64,000 bases of DNA from the human T2T-CHM13v2.0 reference genome, Homo sapiens (GCF_009914755.1 NC_060933.1), one strand, 5' to 3'; shown: positions 42,561 to 58,911, numbered from the stretch's first letter. The notes: generated by a model from the sequence alone, not told the origin. Numbers and translations are program-made.

Positions 42561-45500
42561 GAAATTCGGGGTTAAATTAAAAAAATCCTAAATTTCTAAA
42601 AGGGATGCAAAAATAGAAGAAAAGGTCACAAAGGGTATGAGATATTGTAACAGCTGGGAATCCATAGAGGGTCTACTGGGATGTCATCCATAGCTGAGTC
42701 CCCCGCATAAGTTACATAAGGTTCCCCATATGAAGTATCACAGACAGATCTGTTTCATTTGTCAGTTTAGTAGACCATGCCCACCCATGAGCAGACATGA
42801 GAGAGCAAGTTAAAAGTATTACATGTGGGGGAAAGGGGTGTCGGAAGACAAAGAGGAGAATGATGGTTGATTTTATTTAAATGCAACCTGGTTGTAGATG
42901 ATATTTCCCATGTACACTCATATTCCTCAAGCAAACATCTACATATGGTTGTGTTTTCCTGATGTCTATCAGCCCTTCTTTGTTGAGATTTGGGCACAGC
43001 ACATGTTCCAATTAACTCCACTCTTTGTTGCAACTTGCTGACTCGGGTGTCCCTTGCCAAAAAGGGGTAGGTGGTAGGTTACATAACAAGGATTGGGGTG
43101 GAATCTTATGTCAAGTCTGCACAGAGAATTGGCGGAATGTGTGTGGTACGGGTGGGGGCCGGTAGAAGGTAGAAAGAAAAAGGGAGACCACAGGAAGAAT
43201 AACATCCTTAGACAGACTTTGACAGAGGCCGACCTGGTTAGCTATGTGGCTCAGGGAAAGGAGGTCAAAGGGTAGCCAAATGGAAGATAATGAATGGTCA
43301 ATGCATAGAATGCAGAGAGAGTTTTTCTATTACACAATCATTTTTCCCCTAGGGTGACGCTTCTGGGAAAAGTGTAAGATGACAATGACTTTATGAAGAA
43401 GCTTGATCCAAGTGCAACCATGATGAGATTTTTGAGAATGAGGGAGAGAGAGGGTTTATCAGGTTAAAGGATAAAGTAGCCTTCAACAGAATTTTTCAAG
43501 TAAAATATAAGAGATTCATCAATATGTGTATTCCCATCAATTTAGTAAGTACAATACTGCTCACTAGAAAATAAATATTAAATATGATCCTCTTAGGCAG
43601 GTTTAATAAAGGTATCTTATACATTTAGATCAATATGCTATTCCAGTTCACTTGTGGATTAGCTAGTCTATTCCACTGCCATGAACTATATTTCTAATCT
43701 TATTCAACCATCTCCCAATTTTGAAAAATTTTATACATTAACAAAAATGAATTCCCACCACCAGAAAAAATTAAGTGACAGAAACTAAATACTAAAAGGC
43801 AATCACTGTAAAGTATCTCTGAGACTGGTCCCTTTGAAGACAAAATTACAGAGAGTCACCAATGTACGCAATAAAATATGTGTGTGTGTGTGTTTAAAAA
43901 AAGACATATGAAGTTTCTCAGCACTAAGCAACAAACATGGGCAAACATAAAAATTATTCACTAGAGAGATAAATGCTCTGCTGCTAATGTGAAGATTTCC
44001 TAGATGAGGCAGATGCTATGAAAAACGAAAACTGCTCCACTACTGGAATTATCATCACAGTTACTACTGCCATACACTTGGCTGTTTTTAACTAAAACTA
44101 TATGGTTCAGAGATTCTTTGGGTTTCTATTTAAGACAGTAGAACATCAGGACACCAAGCTCTGAGGAGAAATGACAGAGGGCTAAATAAGGACTGCATGG
44201 TGATAGCAGTGATTGAGAACACATCCAGGTTCTATTAGCCAAGTCAAGAGAGATGTGTGTAATGCTGGAAAGCAGCTTAAAAACACAATTCTGAACATGG
44301 AATTCCTTTGGCTTCCTCGAAGACTAAGGACCTGGGAGAGGTGTCACAAGACAAACACTATTCACTGTGCCGAATGCAAAGTAATGAGGACAGAACTTAT
44401 CATGACATGTTTAATAACATAATTTTGCTAAGGCGAACTAAGGGGTGGTTAATGAGGCTCCATCAAATAAGTTATGGAAATTGTGTCACCTGCAAACCAC
44501 AAACTATCACATTAGTTAAGAGAAACATTTGACAAGCAGTTTCCAGTCTCTTGACCAATTCCACATTAGACAATCTTGCAAATGACATAATTAACACAGC
44601 TTACTTAACTCATCTCCATTTGCAATTCATTAGGAATAGTTTTTTAGCAGAATTATGCCCTCTAAAGGTGACCATGCACATAAGGGCAGTGAACAAGTAT
44701 GAGGTACTCAAACTATGATAAAAATATAGTTTGAGTCAATCACTTTGAGTTAAAACCAATGATATCTTTATGTGCTAAAATAGCATAACGACTTAGTCGC
44801 CTTAGACTCTGTATGAAAGACAAAAACATAGAAGAAGTGTATCTTTGATATGTAAGTGTGTGAATGCATATATCATCCCATGCTTTGTACACTACTGGGA
44901 TATCAAATGATTTCTACAAAAATCTGTGCGCACATCAAGTGAAAGAGAATGAGCCTGACTAACACAGAATTTCCAAAGGTCTTCCAGGACGGACTCACGG
45001 GCCCCAGCACACCCACTGCATCTTGGAGTTGCAAAGCAGTGTGTGCTATCCACCTGAACCACCCAGTGTTTTGAGAGGCCAGTGGTCTGCAGCTGACCAA
45101 TTCTTTAAGAACCATTAGTTTTGAACAAGACTTTCCCAGAGTCCTTGAGAAGAGAAGACCTGGAAGACTGCTTTCTCAGACCCTTATAAATCACAAGGGA
45201 GAATCAAGTCCACTGGCGACAGATCTTTCTTTCCATAAGCCTAATGCTTTTCTTATGAACTATCACTAAACTCAGAGGAAAAGTAGGAGCACTGGTGCAC
45301 AAGAGCTTACAATTAGAGACAGAAAAGGGAAGTATGGGAGAGGGAAAAGCATATTCTGTCTTCCTTTGTTTTGTGTTGTTTAGGGATTAAAAAACCATCA
45401 GTGACTACAAGCTTGAAAAGCCACTTCTACAGGCCTCTGTTTCTTTTAATCTTAAAATCTTATTTTATGTTCAAGTGGCACAATCTATAAGAGAAAGGCA

Positions 45501-47299
45501 TCTATTTCTGATGTATAAATTATGAATTAGCCAAAATTTTGTTCCAGATGATACGTCAATAAACTTCATTTGTTTGAGAGGCCAATGCTATAGAATCATA
45601 AATAATATAGCACAAACTTTGGCTCAGCCTATACTAACATGCCAAGATCATTCGCTCAGTAGTAAACTTCAGAGGTACCCCAAAGAACAGAGCTATGGAG
45701 ACACAGAGGCCTTCATAAATCTTCTGTAATCTTGCATTTTCAAAGTGTGGGCTAGGGGAACATTAAATTCTCACCCACAGTTTCCAAAATGGAGACACCG
45801 AAGAGGTTCATCCAATCTGATAAGCTTAGACCTGCAGTCAGCACTCAACCCTGGGTGCATGGCAGAGGAAGGCAAAGACCAAGAAAGCAAAAATGGAGAT
45901 AAATGCACAGTTGGTTTCAAAAGGACTCTGCCCTGAATACGGAATATTAAAGGCATAATGTCATTCACAAGACACAGGAACTCTTTAAAATTCAAAACAA
46001 TATTGACTGTCTGCAGGTATTCTTAAACGGAATTTTACTTGTCGACCATTTTTAATAAGGAACAGAGGGCATAAATAGGACCATTCCATTTAAATTAGAT
46101 GTATTTTTAAATTGAAAGTGCATTGTGTCTCAGTGTAGGCAGGACTGAGCTCAACTGGTTAGGGCATCACTGATGTGTTCATGCCTTAGTGGTAAAATAT
46201 TCTGTTTTTACCTATTCTTTAAAGAAAATTAAAGCCTTTTCAGTTCTTCATTCTTCCCTGTACACTCAAGGTAATTCCCGTCTGACATATGAATAACAGA
46301 GTCCACCAAACTGCCTGGCTGTTTTCACAGTAGAAAAGATTATTTCAAAATTTTTTTTTATTTTTTTTACACAGTAGACTAATTACTCACTGATTTGTGT
46401 TTATAAATAATGGCATTTCAGACCAAAGTCTGACTTCTATAAATATGTAATACAGCTTTAACTGGATTATATATAGGTAAATGTAGTATTATGCAGTATA
46501 GCATAATCAATTGCATTCAGAAAAGGGAAATATCTTATAGAAGCTTCTAGCTCAAAATATATTGCAGCTTCCAGGTAGCAAAAAAATTATTCACAAAGCT
46601 ATGCCTTTTCCAATCCTAAGTGTCGCCTACTTTCCAAACTTTTAGAAAATTATAGGTCCACAAAGTTATGTTTGTGTAAGTTTTGTAAATATTGACATGT
46701 GCTATACGTAATGCAAAATATTTTTCACTTCTAAAAATTAATTTTATCTTGCTTTTCTTTCTAGTCAGATAACTCTTTAAAAACAACCATTTCTATATGC
46801 CTCGGTTTCCTCACCAGAAAGGATAGTAACTGTTTACCCTAAGATGCCACCCACTCATCCTATTCCACAGGGATATTTTAAGGATTAATGAAAAAATAAA
46901 GGTAAAGTGTTGTAAGCTATGCAAAAAAGAAGGCTTGAATACAGAAACAATGGTCATCTTAAGCTATACTTTCAAAAGAGACCGTTACGATGTTGTAACT
47001 ATATCTACCTGTTCCTTTTCCAAGCTATCAGGTAGATATTACATCATGTATATTTCAAAATGAGAATCTGTTTATTCAATTGATGACTTCAATCAGTAAA
47101 AGAAAAACAAGTAACTTAAAAAGCCTATCATCTTAACCTTAGATTTCAGCTATAAGCAAAATCAGACCCACTTTACATTTCCCTTTATTACTCTGACAGA
47201 TTCTAAATGCATCTTTACTTTACTATTACTTCAAATGATTCATATTACAAGATTTTGTCACAGAACTGGGGAAAACAATACAGGGTTTGGGTTTCTTAC

Positions 47300-47394
47300 C
47301 CTCCACCAGTCACTTGTCCTAGAAGCTAAACAAAACTCCCAGCTCTGGCTGATCATGGCTGGGAGCTCATTAGGCTGTTCCTCACGTTAAATTA
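47300..47394 (-). other. Candidate 95-nt exon carrying a start codon (MISQSWEFCLASRTSDWWR, phase 0)
   Basis: Acceptor cacccttttcag, donor AGG|gtaaga, GCC-ATG at 47356. Confidence 0.4.
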
Positions 47395-49099
47395 CTGAAA
47401 AGGGTGATGTATTTATAATACAGCTTGCGATGCTATAAAATGGCTCATCAATCTGTTTTATTCATGGAAAGTCCACATAAGGCCACTAGTCTGTTACTGG
47501 CAATAAACCTTGGGTGCGTCTTCAAAAGACCTGCATATGAGATAGTGATTTATGTCTCTGTCCAAGAAATCAAACATGATACTAACAAGGCAAGGGATAA
47601 CTCAACTGACACTTTCAAAAGCAATATAATTTCAGTAGTAAATCAAGTGACTATAACATATACGGAGAAGAGAGAAAGACGATTAGCATGTATATATTAA
47701 AATAAAAAATAGAGTGTTAAGAAATACCAATCCTGAGTGTTCAGATCTTAAACCATTCCTAATCTATTCTATGCATTATTTTTCTTAGATGGTATTTCTT
47801 ACACAGCATATGTGTTCCTCAGCTCCCATTTTATAAGTGGAATATCCTTTTGTAAAGACATTGATATATCCTAAATAGTTTGCTTATTTTGTTAATACCC
47901 AAAGGCAGACTTGTTCAGCTGTTTCTAACCTCAAAATGTAAATCTGTTTTGGATGAGACATAAAGACCCAACAAAGAGAAACAAGAAATATTTAGAATCA
48001 ACATAAGAAACCAAAATAATTAATTGAGTCATTGTTTTCAGATAATAGCACTTTTATTAGAATTTTTTTTCTCTCAGGAGTCTGCAAAACTCAATACTAC
48101 ACAGAGATCTCATACTATAAAAACAAGTAAAAACTAACTATAAAACAAATGTTTTTTTTTAACCATTGGGTTTTCTTTTAGGTTGCCAAACCAGTCACTT
48201 AAACAAATAGGATGAATGTGAAAATGGAGATGTAGAAAATAATGGGGCTTTTCACGAAAGTGAATGCCTTACTTGTTATTTTTATCTTCAGTGGTCTACT
48301 TTTTGAAAAATTCACTTTAATAAAAGATTTAAAGTGAATTATACAAATGTAATATAGTATTACACACATTGAACCTGTCTGCATTATTTTACTTGAAAAA
48401 GAGAAACCTCGTTTTTAAAGGAGAGGTTTTTACACCCTAAGTGCACATGATATCATCACTTTTCTTCCCCATCAGTGTGCCTCATATTTTCCTTCGGGCA
48501 AATCTGAAATCTACTGGAGTTTTTCCTCATGGACAGCTCAATCTTATGGACAGAAGTTGTGCATGCAACAACATTCCTAAAAGTGAAAGGGAGAAAGGCA
48601 TCCTCCCTGTTATTGTTAGTCAAAATAAAACACTCAGCTTCAGCAAAGAGTAACTGAAACACCTTCTACTTGGAGGCAAGCATTTCTGGCAAACCGAAGT
48701 CTTGACACACCAAGCCCAACAGGAGATAGGGTATACTTCCTCAAGGGCACCCTGTGGGCCCTACTCCCTAATGGTTTACGGGATCAAGTTTTGAACTCTT
48801 GATTTCAAAATGTTGGCGGTTATATGTTTCTGTTTATATTAGATGATCTCCAAATTACAAACTAGTATTTTTAGTTTAAAATTACCTGATTTTCAGAATA
48901 AATGAATTTTTTAAATGCTGCAAAATGACTTAAGAGTACAGTGAATTTTAAGACTATAAAGAGACCTGCAGATTCATATGGACAAATGGGTCTGTGTAGT
49001 TTTACTGTTAAACAACTTTTAAAATAACTGCAGATCAATTAAGTGTGACAGTTGATTACTCTTCCCCATCTCACCAAAGCTTTTGAAATAGAGAAGAGG

Positions 49100-49860
49100 G
49101 GAAACACACGCACTCACAAATGTAAGTGCCCACACACAGAAATCTCCCCTTCGATATGTACAAACAGAAAATAAACTATCTCCTCTTGCCGCCTTAAATA
49201 CAAAATGCACACATATACACCATTGCCCAGACATCCTTCAGTTTATCTCACGGACAAATGAAATAAAAAGGGCTTCTTTTTGTGTGTTTTAAGACACACA
49301 CAAAAAAGCACACACGCTCCCTCCAAGAATCCTGCCTCCAATTTTCTGTCACAAGGAGCACTCTGGGGGCCTGGCGGGGGAAGTGTTTGGGAAACAGAAG
49401 GAGCCGTTTCAGCAGGCATCGGTTTCTCTCTGTGCCTGTGAAGTGGACATTGGCATATCTTGCCTAGGCTGCTCCTGTGGGGTTCATCTGGTCGGCAGGG
49501 TGGGGAATAGTTGTCTGCACCATACCAAGGTCAGCCTGCTAGGTCTGACAGTCTCTGTCTCTGTACAAAGAAAAGAATCAATACTTTTGGACTACGGCTG
49601 TGCCCTCAGTGTAAAACAACAAACATGCAGCGTCTGACATGTTTCTAGGTGATTTGTGGCAGAACCTCTTGTCTGATCTGTATCCAGGAGCTGCTGTGTT
49701 ACTGCTCTTTGCTTTTCGCCTCCCCCACTCCTTCCTCGGCCCCCCTCCTGCCTGCCCCAGCTCTGTGATGTCTAATACTTTACTCAGGTACAGAGGCGGG
49801 TGTTCTACCCTACAGCTACTTGTCACTCAATAAATCACACCTACAAGCGCAGTCTGCACA
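49100..49860 (-). promoter_or_regulatory. Candidate alternative promoter / first exon region
   Basis: GC and CpG elevated above the flanks; GC-box-like aggcggg; G-rich - strand leader; no repeat recognised; donor TTT|gtgagt at 49118. Confidence 0.4.
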
Positions 49861-51797
49861 GAGTGATCTGGGCTTTAACAAAGGATCAGAGGGACAAAGT
49901 GCAGGCAAGATGCTGTAATTATAGCAAAAATAAAACATTCAGAGAGAGGGACAAAAGCACAGGCTCTTAGGCAACTACAGTAGAAATTGTATTTTTTGTC
50001 CTCTCTTTTGGTTTCACTCTCTTAATGCACTCCTCCCATCTTTCCTCTGCCGAACCCCAACACCATTTATTTTTGTTGTTCTTGCTCATTTTCATTCTAA
50101 CTAGAGTTCAGGGCATAACATAAGCATTATTAAAGAGTCCATTAAAATAAACAATGCTCATCTCAGATGTTAAAATGTACGTAAGTTGTGCTAATGAAAG
50201 AGAGGCACTTTTAATAATTACCTTTACTATCTTCAGTTTATATCCTTATCTAAAATATTTGCGCATGCAGGTCCCAAATCCTCCTGAAACAGACCAAAAC
50301 ATAACAACAGTACCAAAAGACAGCTATTAATTATGACTTGAACTTAATTATTTGAACAGCCATTAAACAATTTAACTTACACAAAAACACACTTGTTTTG
50401 TCTGAGTTAATTTGTGTAGATATACTTCTTCAGTAAAATATTAACATATAGGTTGCTCAATTTGCTTTGGAACAATTTTATACTAGATCTGTTCTTTTTT
50501 ACCCATCCCCCATGCCCCCAAATTTATTTTCCAGAGCCTGAACCATTAGCCAAGTCAGATAAGAAGGTTTTGCACAGTGTATTCTGTTCTAAATATTTTA
50601 AATGCAGCAGTTTGAGTTATCCCAGCAATTTCAGTCACATCAGACACCTCTTAATGCAGGAAAAATGACGTTCCATCATGGAGGTCTTGCACAAGTCTCT
50701 ACTGTAACTGTTGCTGATGAAAATAAAAGTGAGTTAGAATAGCTCTACACTTCCTTCCTAGTCAATCAATGCCTGACAGCACCAGTTCCTTCAGCCATGT
50801 ACTTCAGCAATGATAGATCAATAACTGTGGTTTAACAACAGGGAGCCACCAATCATTATACGAATGATTAAAAGGGGTCTCACTCACATACACCTCTGCA
50901 GACAGACTAGGCCACGAGATCAGAATCCTTGCCACATTATGCTTCATATTACAGAAATTCAAGTAAAGGAGGAAAAAACTGGGGGAGGGAAAATCATTAC
51001 GATACAGCATAAAGGAAATATTAAATGCTTCATGACCATGCTAATTTTAAGCCACTATCTTAAAACACAAATTCTCCAAATTCACTAAAATAAAGATGAA
51101 TAAAAGCAAATATGGGGGGACAGTGCTTATTGCTAAATCCTACAAAGCATCAATGTATTAAGATTACTTGGAATTTGCCCCTATACACACCTGCAGGCCG
51201 CATCTGCCGACAGTATGAGACTCAGGTAACTATCTTGGAAATCTCCCCTGCAGTGACTTATTTTATCTCACTGTATTACAGTTCCTCCTTGACTATCTAT
51301 CTGAAAAGTCTAAAAGGCCATAAAAAGGCAGGACTATTTCATCCAGGAATAAAAAAAGTCCCTAGCACAAAACAAAATTCAAGCATTACTGACAAATTAA
51401 TTAAATGAATGAATCAGACTTTTAAAAAATCGAGTCTCTTTTTGAAATAATTCTAACAAAAGATATTATACAACTTCCCTCACGTGCCTATTATAGAATA
51501 TTTTCCTTGAATTCACTTATTACAAAGCAAAGCCTTTTATCAAACTACCAAACTGTTCCAAATGGCAAAATTCTCCACAATTGCTGACTTTCCTTTCTCA
51601 TTTGTCTAGAGCAGCAGCGAACGACTGTCCTGGCATGCACAGTCAGGCAGCAAAGAACACGTGCTGACTGGGGGCCACTCTGATCTCAGTACTGTTCTAG
51701 AAGCCACAGATGTACTGACCTCTGACAGAATGAAGATGGACACGTGTGGACATATTCGCCACGCATTGTAAGTACTTCAGAAGAGGCACATACAAGG

Positions 51798-51996
51798 CAG
51801 TGTTCTTAATAGGGGAGGTTTGTCACCCAGGAAACACTGGGAATGTCTGGAGACACTTTTGGTTGTCACAACTGAGTGTGGAGGACAGTTACTGGTAGCT
51901 ATGAGTAGAGGTCAAGAAGCTGCTGAATATCCCACAGTGTAGCACAAAGAATTATCCAACACAAAATGTTACCAGTTCCAAGGCTGAGTAACCCTG
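51798..51996 (+). mobile_element. MER20 (hAT-Charlie)
   Basis: cagtgttcttaa...aatgtctggagacacttttggttgtcacaact...aaagaattatcc...gctgagtaaccctg. Confidence 0.9.
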
Positions 51997-52304
51997 TGTG
52001 TAGGTGCTCAGGGAACACAGAAGAGAATGTGCTTAATTCTACCTCGAGAATGGAGGAAAGGGAGAACTCTACTCACCCGTAAAAGCAGGAGACAAGAAAA
52101 GTGGTTACAAGAAAGGACAAAGGGACGACAATGGGGCCACCCATGCTGAGGAGTTTCTGTCTCATTCGATGCACCAGGAGAACTGATGGTAGGATTCGGG
52201 GGTGGGGAGAGACAGAATTCACAGTACCAGTAGGAGAAACAGCCTCAAGAATGTTGAAAGTGGAGTCTGAAGTCAAGAAATAATGGAAGGCTCCCTCACC
52301 TCAA

Positions 52305-52635
52305 GATTTGCTGAGGTATAACTGGTATACAAAAAACCACACAAAATTAATGTCTACAATTTGGTGAGTTTGGATATATGTATGCATTCATGCTACCATC
52401 ACCACAACCAGAATAATAAACATATTCATCATCTCCAAAAGCTTCCATGTGGACCTTCAGGGTTTTATTTGTTTTTGTTTTGTGGTATGAATGCTTAACA
52501 TGAGAAGTACTGTCTTAACAAATTTCTAGATGCACAATATCATATTGTTAACTGTAGGCAATATGTTGTACAGCAGATCTCTGGGACTTATTCATCTTAT
52601 ATAACTAAATTTATACCCATTCAAAACAACTCCTC
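52305..52635 (-). mobile_element. L1MA9/10-like 3' end
   Basis: tgaggtataactgg...accatcaccacaac...atgttgtacagcagatctct..gacttattcatctt. Confidence 0.85.
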
Positions 52636-52739
52636 ACAGAGGGAATCTTTACAAGATTAGAGGCACTGGGGATGCAGAATAATGAATGGGGAAACAGAAG
52701 TCAGTTGCCATTTCAAATTGGGGAAGGAGGTATGAGCTA

Positions 52740-53400
52740 GGGAGAAGGACAAGTCTAAGCTGACTTTCTGGTTTCTAGCCAGATGGTGATGCTATTTAAA
52801 GAACGGTGGAGGCTGACTATAGTGGGGCAAGGGTAGACACTAAAAATTTAGCTTCTGACTGGCTTAGTTTTGAAGTGGATCAACCGAGAGAGCTCCATAC
52901 AAATATGGAGCCCTACAGAGAAGCCTGGGTTGGAGAAACAGGTGGGCAGTTAACATCAAATCTGCAGAAATTTAAAATAATGGGAATGAGTACAACTACC
53001 CCAAGTGTGCAGGTGAAAACCCAGTATAGAATACCTGGAAAAGATTTATGTTTAAAAGGATACAAAGATGAACTAGAAAACAAGGAGTCAGAAAAATAAA
53101 GATTGAACTGGAACAATGAAGAGTTAGAAAATCCAAAGACTTAAAGGTGGAGCAAAAGTGGTCAGTGGCATCAAATGTCACAGAGAAATAAGTAAAAAAA
53201 CCAGAAACGCTTCTACAATATGCTTCAGATGAGAGGTCAGCGCTCCAGAGCTGTTGTTGTGGAGAAGACAAGAAACAGAAGCTAGACTGTGGGAGGCTAA
53301 GGCAGAAGAGGAAACAAATTTTTTATGTCCTCTTTCTAAAGGCTGAGTTCTGAATGGAAGTTGAGAGAAAGGGACTGCCAGATGGAAACAGAGGTGTGAC
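52740..53400 (-). mobile_element. L2 fragment(s)
   Basis: tttctggtttctagc...atggtgatgctattt...tcaaatg...gagaggtca...gctagactgtgggagg. Confidence 0.6.
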
Positions 53401-55137
53401 TTGGCCATCAGTAGGCTGAAGGGAATGTGCTTGGACCAGAAAGAGGCTTATCGTGTATTAATAATAGGAAAGAATTAGAAATAAACTCTAGGAGAACTGT
53501 TTTATCCATATAATGGAATAATGTGCAGACTCTTAAAGATGATAGAAGGCTGTTCATAATATCAGACATACAAATACACAAATGCATCAATGACATTACA
53601 CCATATCAATATTATATATCATACTATGATGTCACCTGAAGCATAATTTGTGGGGGCTACTTGGGATACATAGGTGTGTTGATCTTAGGGCAGGCCAGTT
53701 AGGGTTACAGATGATGTTCCTGCTTTTTGTAATCTCTGATTTTCTAAAATTGTTATGTTTAATATATGTAATAATACACTTTTAAAGGAATCAACCCCCT
53801 AAGTAGAATAAACAGAAGTTCAATAATAGACCGGAATTTCGGGACAAGAGAAGGGATGGCATCCATAGCACTCAGAGGTAGAAGGAGATCCTAATTTACT
53901 AATTTGCAAGGGAATGGGGACATCTCTACATTGCAATAAAACTGTGCAGCAATTTAGAAATTCTCCAAATCAGTAATATATGTAGAATGAGTGAAAATTT
54001 TCATTGTTAAACTATTTAGACATTTACAAAAATTTTCATATGTGTGCCATTAAGTGTTTTTGCAGTAATCTCAAAACATGGAAACAGACAGCTATAAGGC
54101 TGGAGAATTTGGAGTCAGGGGGAGTACTGTAAGGGAGAGGGGGAAAAAAGAAAACAAAACTTTAAACAGCCCGGTATATTTTAGTCAATGTTCCTAAATG
54201 CCACTGTGAAACAAAGCCACTTCAGTTTCTACTACCTGAAACTAAAACACACATTACCCTGGTCAAATGCTTGGGTAAATGCTTGTTTTCACCGTGAATA
54301 GTCCCCATATTGTTCAGCATATCACCTCCTGGATTCCTTAATATTTTTTTTCCCATCAAATGGTCTAAGCCACAATTAGAGGGAACAGTTCCAATGTCAA
54401 ATTCTTAACAATTCTCTTATCCTTCCAAATTCTGGGAAAGATCATAGGTCTTATAAGCATGTGCCCAGCCCTTTTCCTCCCCAGCATCAATAAACAACTT
54501 GGTCTGTCTCTTAAGGAAAGACTGTACTTTGCCTCACAGCTAATTTACCAACTATCCCAGAACAGACAATCCAGCTACCAAATAACCAGTGCTCTCTTTA
54601 CCCAGATGTTGAAGGTACTCTTTCTTATGCCCACACCCCCCACCCAACTTTTTTCTCTTACACTCTTTTCCCTCTAAAAAGCAATGGCTGAAGGACACAT
54701 TAGATTTTAAGGTGACAGTTTACATTGTCTTAAAATCATCAACTAGGATCAGAAAAATACATTACGCCGATACACAAACCATTGATCATCGCAACTGTCT
54801 CTTTTTTTGAATGTGATTAAACTTAAGCATGAATTCATTTGAGAGCTAGGTCCTAGAACAGTGGCTAACTTAAGAGAGGTACTCAATAAATATTTGCTGA
54901 ATGGCTGAATGGATGGATAGATGGACAGGTGTGGGTAAATGGCAGATGGATGGCGGGGGGGGGCATGTGAATGCACACACGTGCACTGACTTAATGCAGA
55001 GGGCCCTGACAATAGTATTACAGTCAAATTCTATTGTACCGCCATGTAAAAGGGCTCTCCGTTTCATTGTGCCCTTCTGCAATTTCAGGACCCCTGTTCA
55101 CTGGCAACCACGCTGCTTCTCAAAATCCCAAGCTTGC

Positions 55138-55800
<663 letters not shown>

Positions 55801-55919
55801 GTATTCAGCCAAATTATTCCCTGCAAAATATTTTACAAATCTAACATCTCACCCCCAAATAAGTTTTACTCACACTAGGGACCCCATAATTAGTTGTTCT
55901 CCAATTGTACTATTTACTA

Positions 55920-56294
<375 letters not shown>

Positions 56295-56486
56295 TTAGTT
56301 CCTTGTTTATGTGTGCACCTCCTACTCTTTAGCAGAACATAAGCTGCCTAAGGTATCCAATAGCACGGACTATAATTAGCCTTCACAAACAAAGCCAAAC
56401 TTTATTGGATAGCAGAAAAAGAGAAAGGACAAAAAGGGGGAAAAACTAAGTTTCCACAGAATGTGCCAGCCAATATGACTGCTATA

Positions 56487-56813
56487 CAATAGGCCCTCTG
56501 TATCTGTGGGTTCTGCATCCATGAATTCAACCAACTGCAGATTGAAAATACTCAGGAAAAAAAAATAACAACACAAAAATAAAAATAATAGTAATTTAAA
56601 AATCAATACAGTATACCAATTATTTACATAGTATTTACATTTTATATTATACTATGTATTGTAAGTAATATAGAGATGATTTCAAGTGTACGGGAGGATG
56701 GACATAGATTATATGCATAGTAATGCCATTTATAAGGAACTAAACCGTCCTCAAATTTTGGTATTTGAGGGAGGTCCTGGAACCAATTCTCTACAGATAC
56801 TGAAGGATGACTG
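56487..56813 (+). mobile_element. Tigger3a/MER7A-like DNA transposon
   Basis: ggccctctgtatctgtgggttctgcatcc...ggtcctggaaccaat...gatactgaaggatgactg; TA on both flanks. Confidence 0.9.
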
Positions 56814-58245
56814 TAGATGATCTAACTTAATCCTAAATATTCTAAAGTGTATATACCATTATTCCCATTTTAAATGTAAGGAAACTGAGGCTCAAGAAAA
56901 GTAATTAACCTTCCCAACGTCATGTGGTAAAATTGATTTTACAACCTAGGGGTTCCTTTCTTCATTCCTAGAGAGAAAGAAGGTGTGAGCCCTTACCTCA
57001 TTCCTGTATCATCAGAAGAACAGATGTAATGGGTAATATACTCATCTTCTAACAAAAAAACCCTAGGTTTTAAGTCTTACTATAGCTAGTCCTTATTAAC
57101 TGTTTGAACTTACTTGGATAAACCACATAAACTCTCTCAACCAGTTTCCTCATTTATAAAACAGCATGTACCACCTGCCCTTACTAAATCACAAGTTTAC
57201 TTGGAGACTGACTTCAATAGTATATGGGGAAGTGATCAGTATACTATATAGCTGTATGTTAGTTCCCCAGAGATGAAAACAAAGCTAAGGTATGTATTAT
57301 AGAAGACTCTGGAGTCCTCTGTCTCATAATTTCCGAGGCCATTAAAGTTTAGTGTTATCAGTTTCCTCTCTGCACTCAGGGATTCCCTCCATCAGAGTTC
57401 CAATATATTAATATTTCTATTGCTTTGGAGACTCCTATTAAGCAGGCATGAACATCTAATGATCTTATTTTCATGTCTATTTCTAAAGACTACATGTGTT
57501 GTGTGTGTGTGATTTGTTGTGAGAACATTCCTGAACTTAAAAACATCAATAAAATTAATTTCTTAAGATGTTTTTAATGTCCATGTAAATACACATAAGA
57601 AAAATTATTTTGTAAATGTCTACTACAGAATTAAATAATAACAGAGGTTTTTAAAAATAAAACCAAACCATTTAATGCATAAAACTAATCTGAAATTATT
57701 TAACTCAACTACTTAGACAACTCCTTAGCATCAAAGACAAGTAACAGAGCAGGTCTAAGCTTTAAGTGTGTAGAAAACCACACTAACAATTGTCTTTAAA
57801 CCACTAGTTATTTCGAACAGCTGCCAACATGTTTCCCTAGAAAAACAGATTGGGATTTAGGACCTTAAAAGTGATACCAGTTTGGTTAACCATTCAAAAG
57901 GAAATTTCTACTCAAGCTGTTAAACTCCCAATATTTCTCCTTCAGAGGGGAAAACATTCACATATTAGTTCATGAGTCTACTTTGTGTACTCAGAATAGA
58001 TATTCTGGTCCTCTAAATGGTAGATGATGTGATGCTACATATTTAAAACATTCTAGAGCATATGGCTCAAAAAAGTAAACACAACAAACCTATGAAGTGT
58101 ACAACAGGGCAAGGTCTCATTCTACTCTACACTAATTACACCACATCGCCAATACTTTATTTAAATTCTAGGAGTCATACCTTAAAATAAATACTGATTA
58201 CAATGAGGCATGGTCAGAGGTAATTGGCCAGATTTTAACTCATCA

Positions 58246-58557
<312 letters not shown>

Positions 58558-58911
58558 CAAGAGAAAATATCCTACCTAAAACAGAAAAAGGAATGAATAT
58601 TTGATGGCATAAAATCAGGGAGACTTTCTACTGCTTCCTTCTCTAGAAACACCATTCTTAAAAGGTTACTAAATCAATGTGTTTTTATTATAATTTTAAA
58701 CAAATGCTTTTAAAGTTGCTATTACCTGCAGTAAGTGCCTTAAACAGTAGTAGCAATAGAAAAAGGAAAGCTTATGATCTGCCCTCAAGGAGGTTACAGT
58801 CTATTCTGGTTATACCCTTTCTGATTATCTCATCTGCTTCACTATACAGCCAAGTGATTTCATCAATAACATCCCTAACACCTCCCCTACTCGCTCGCTC
58901 AATTCCAGTGA

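Noticed and set aside
42815-43270. GC-richer block, possibly an old LTR
   Set aside because: I could not match it to a consensus or find termini/TSD by eye; it needs a Dfam search
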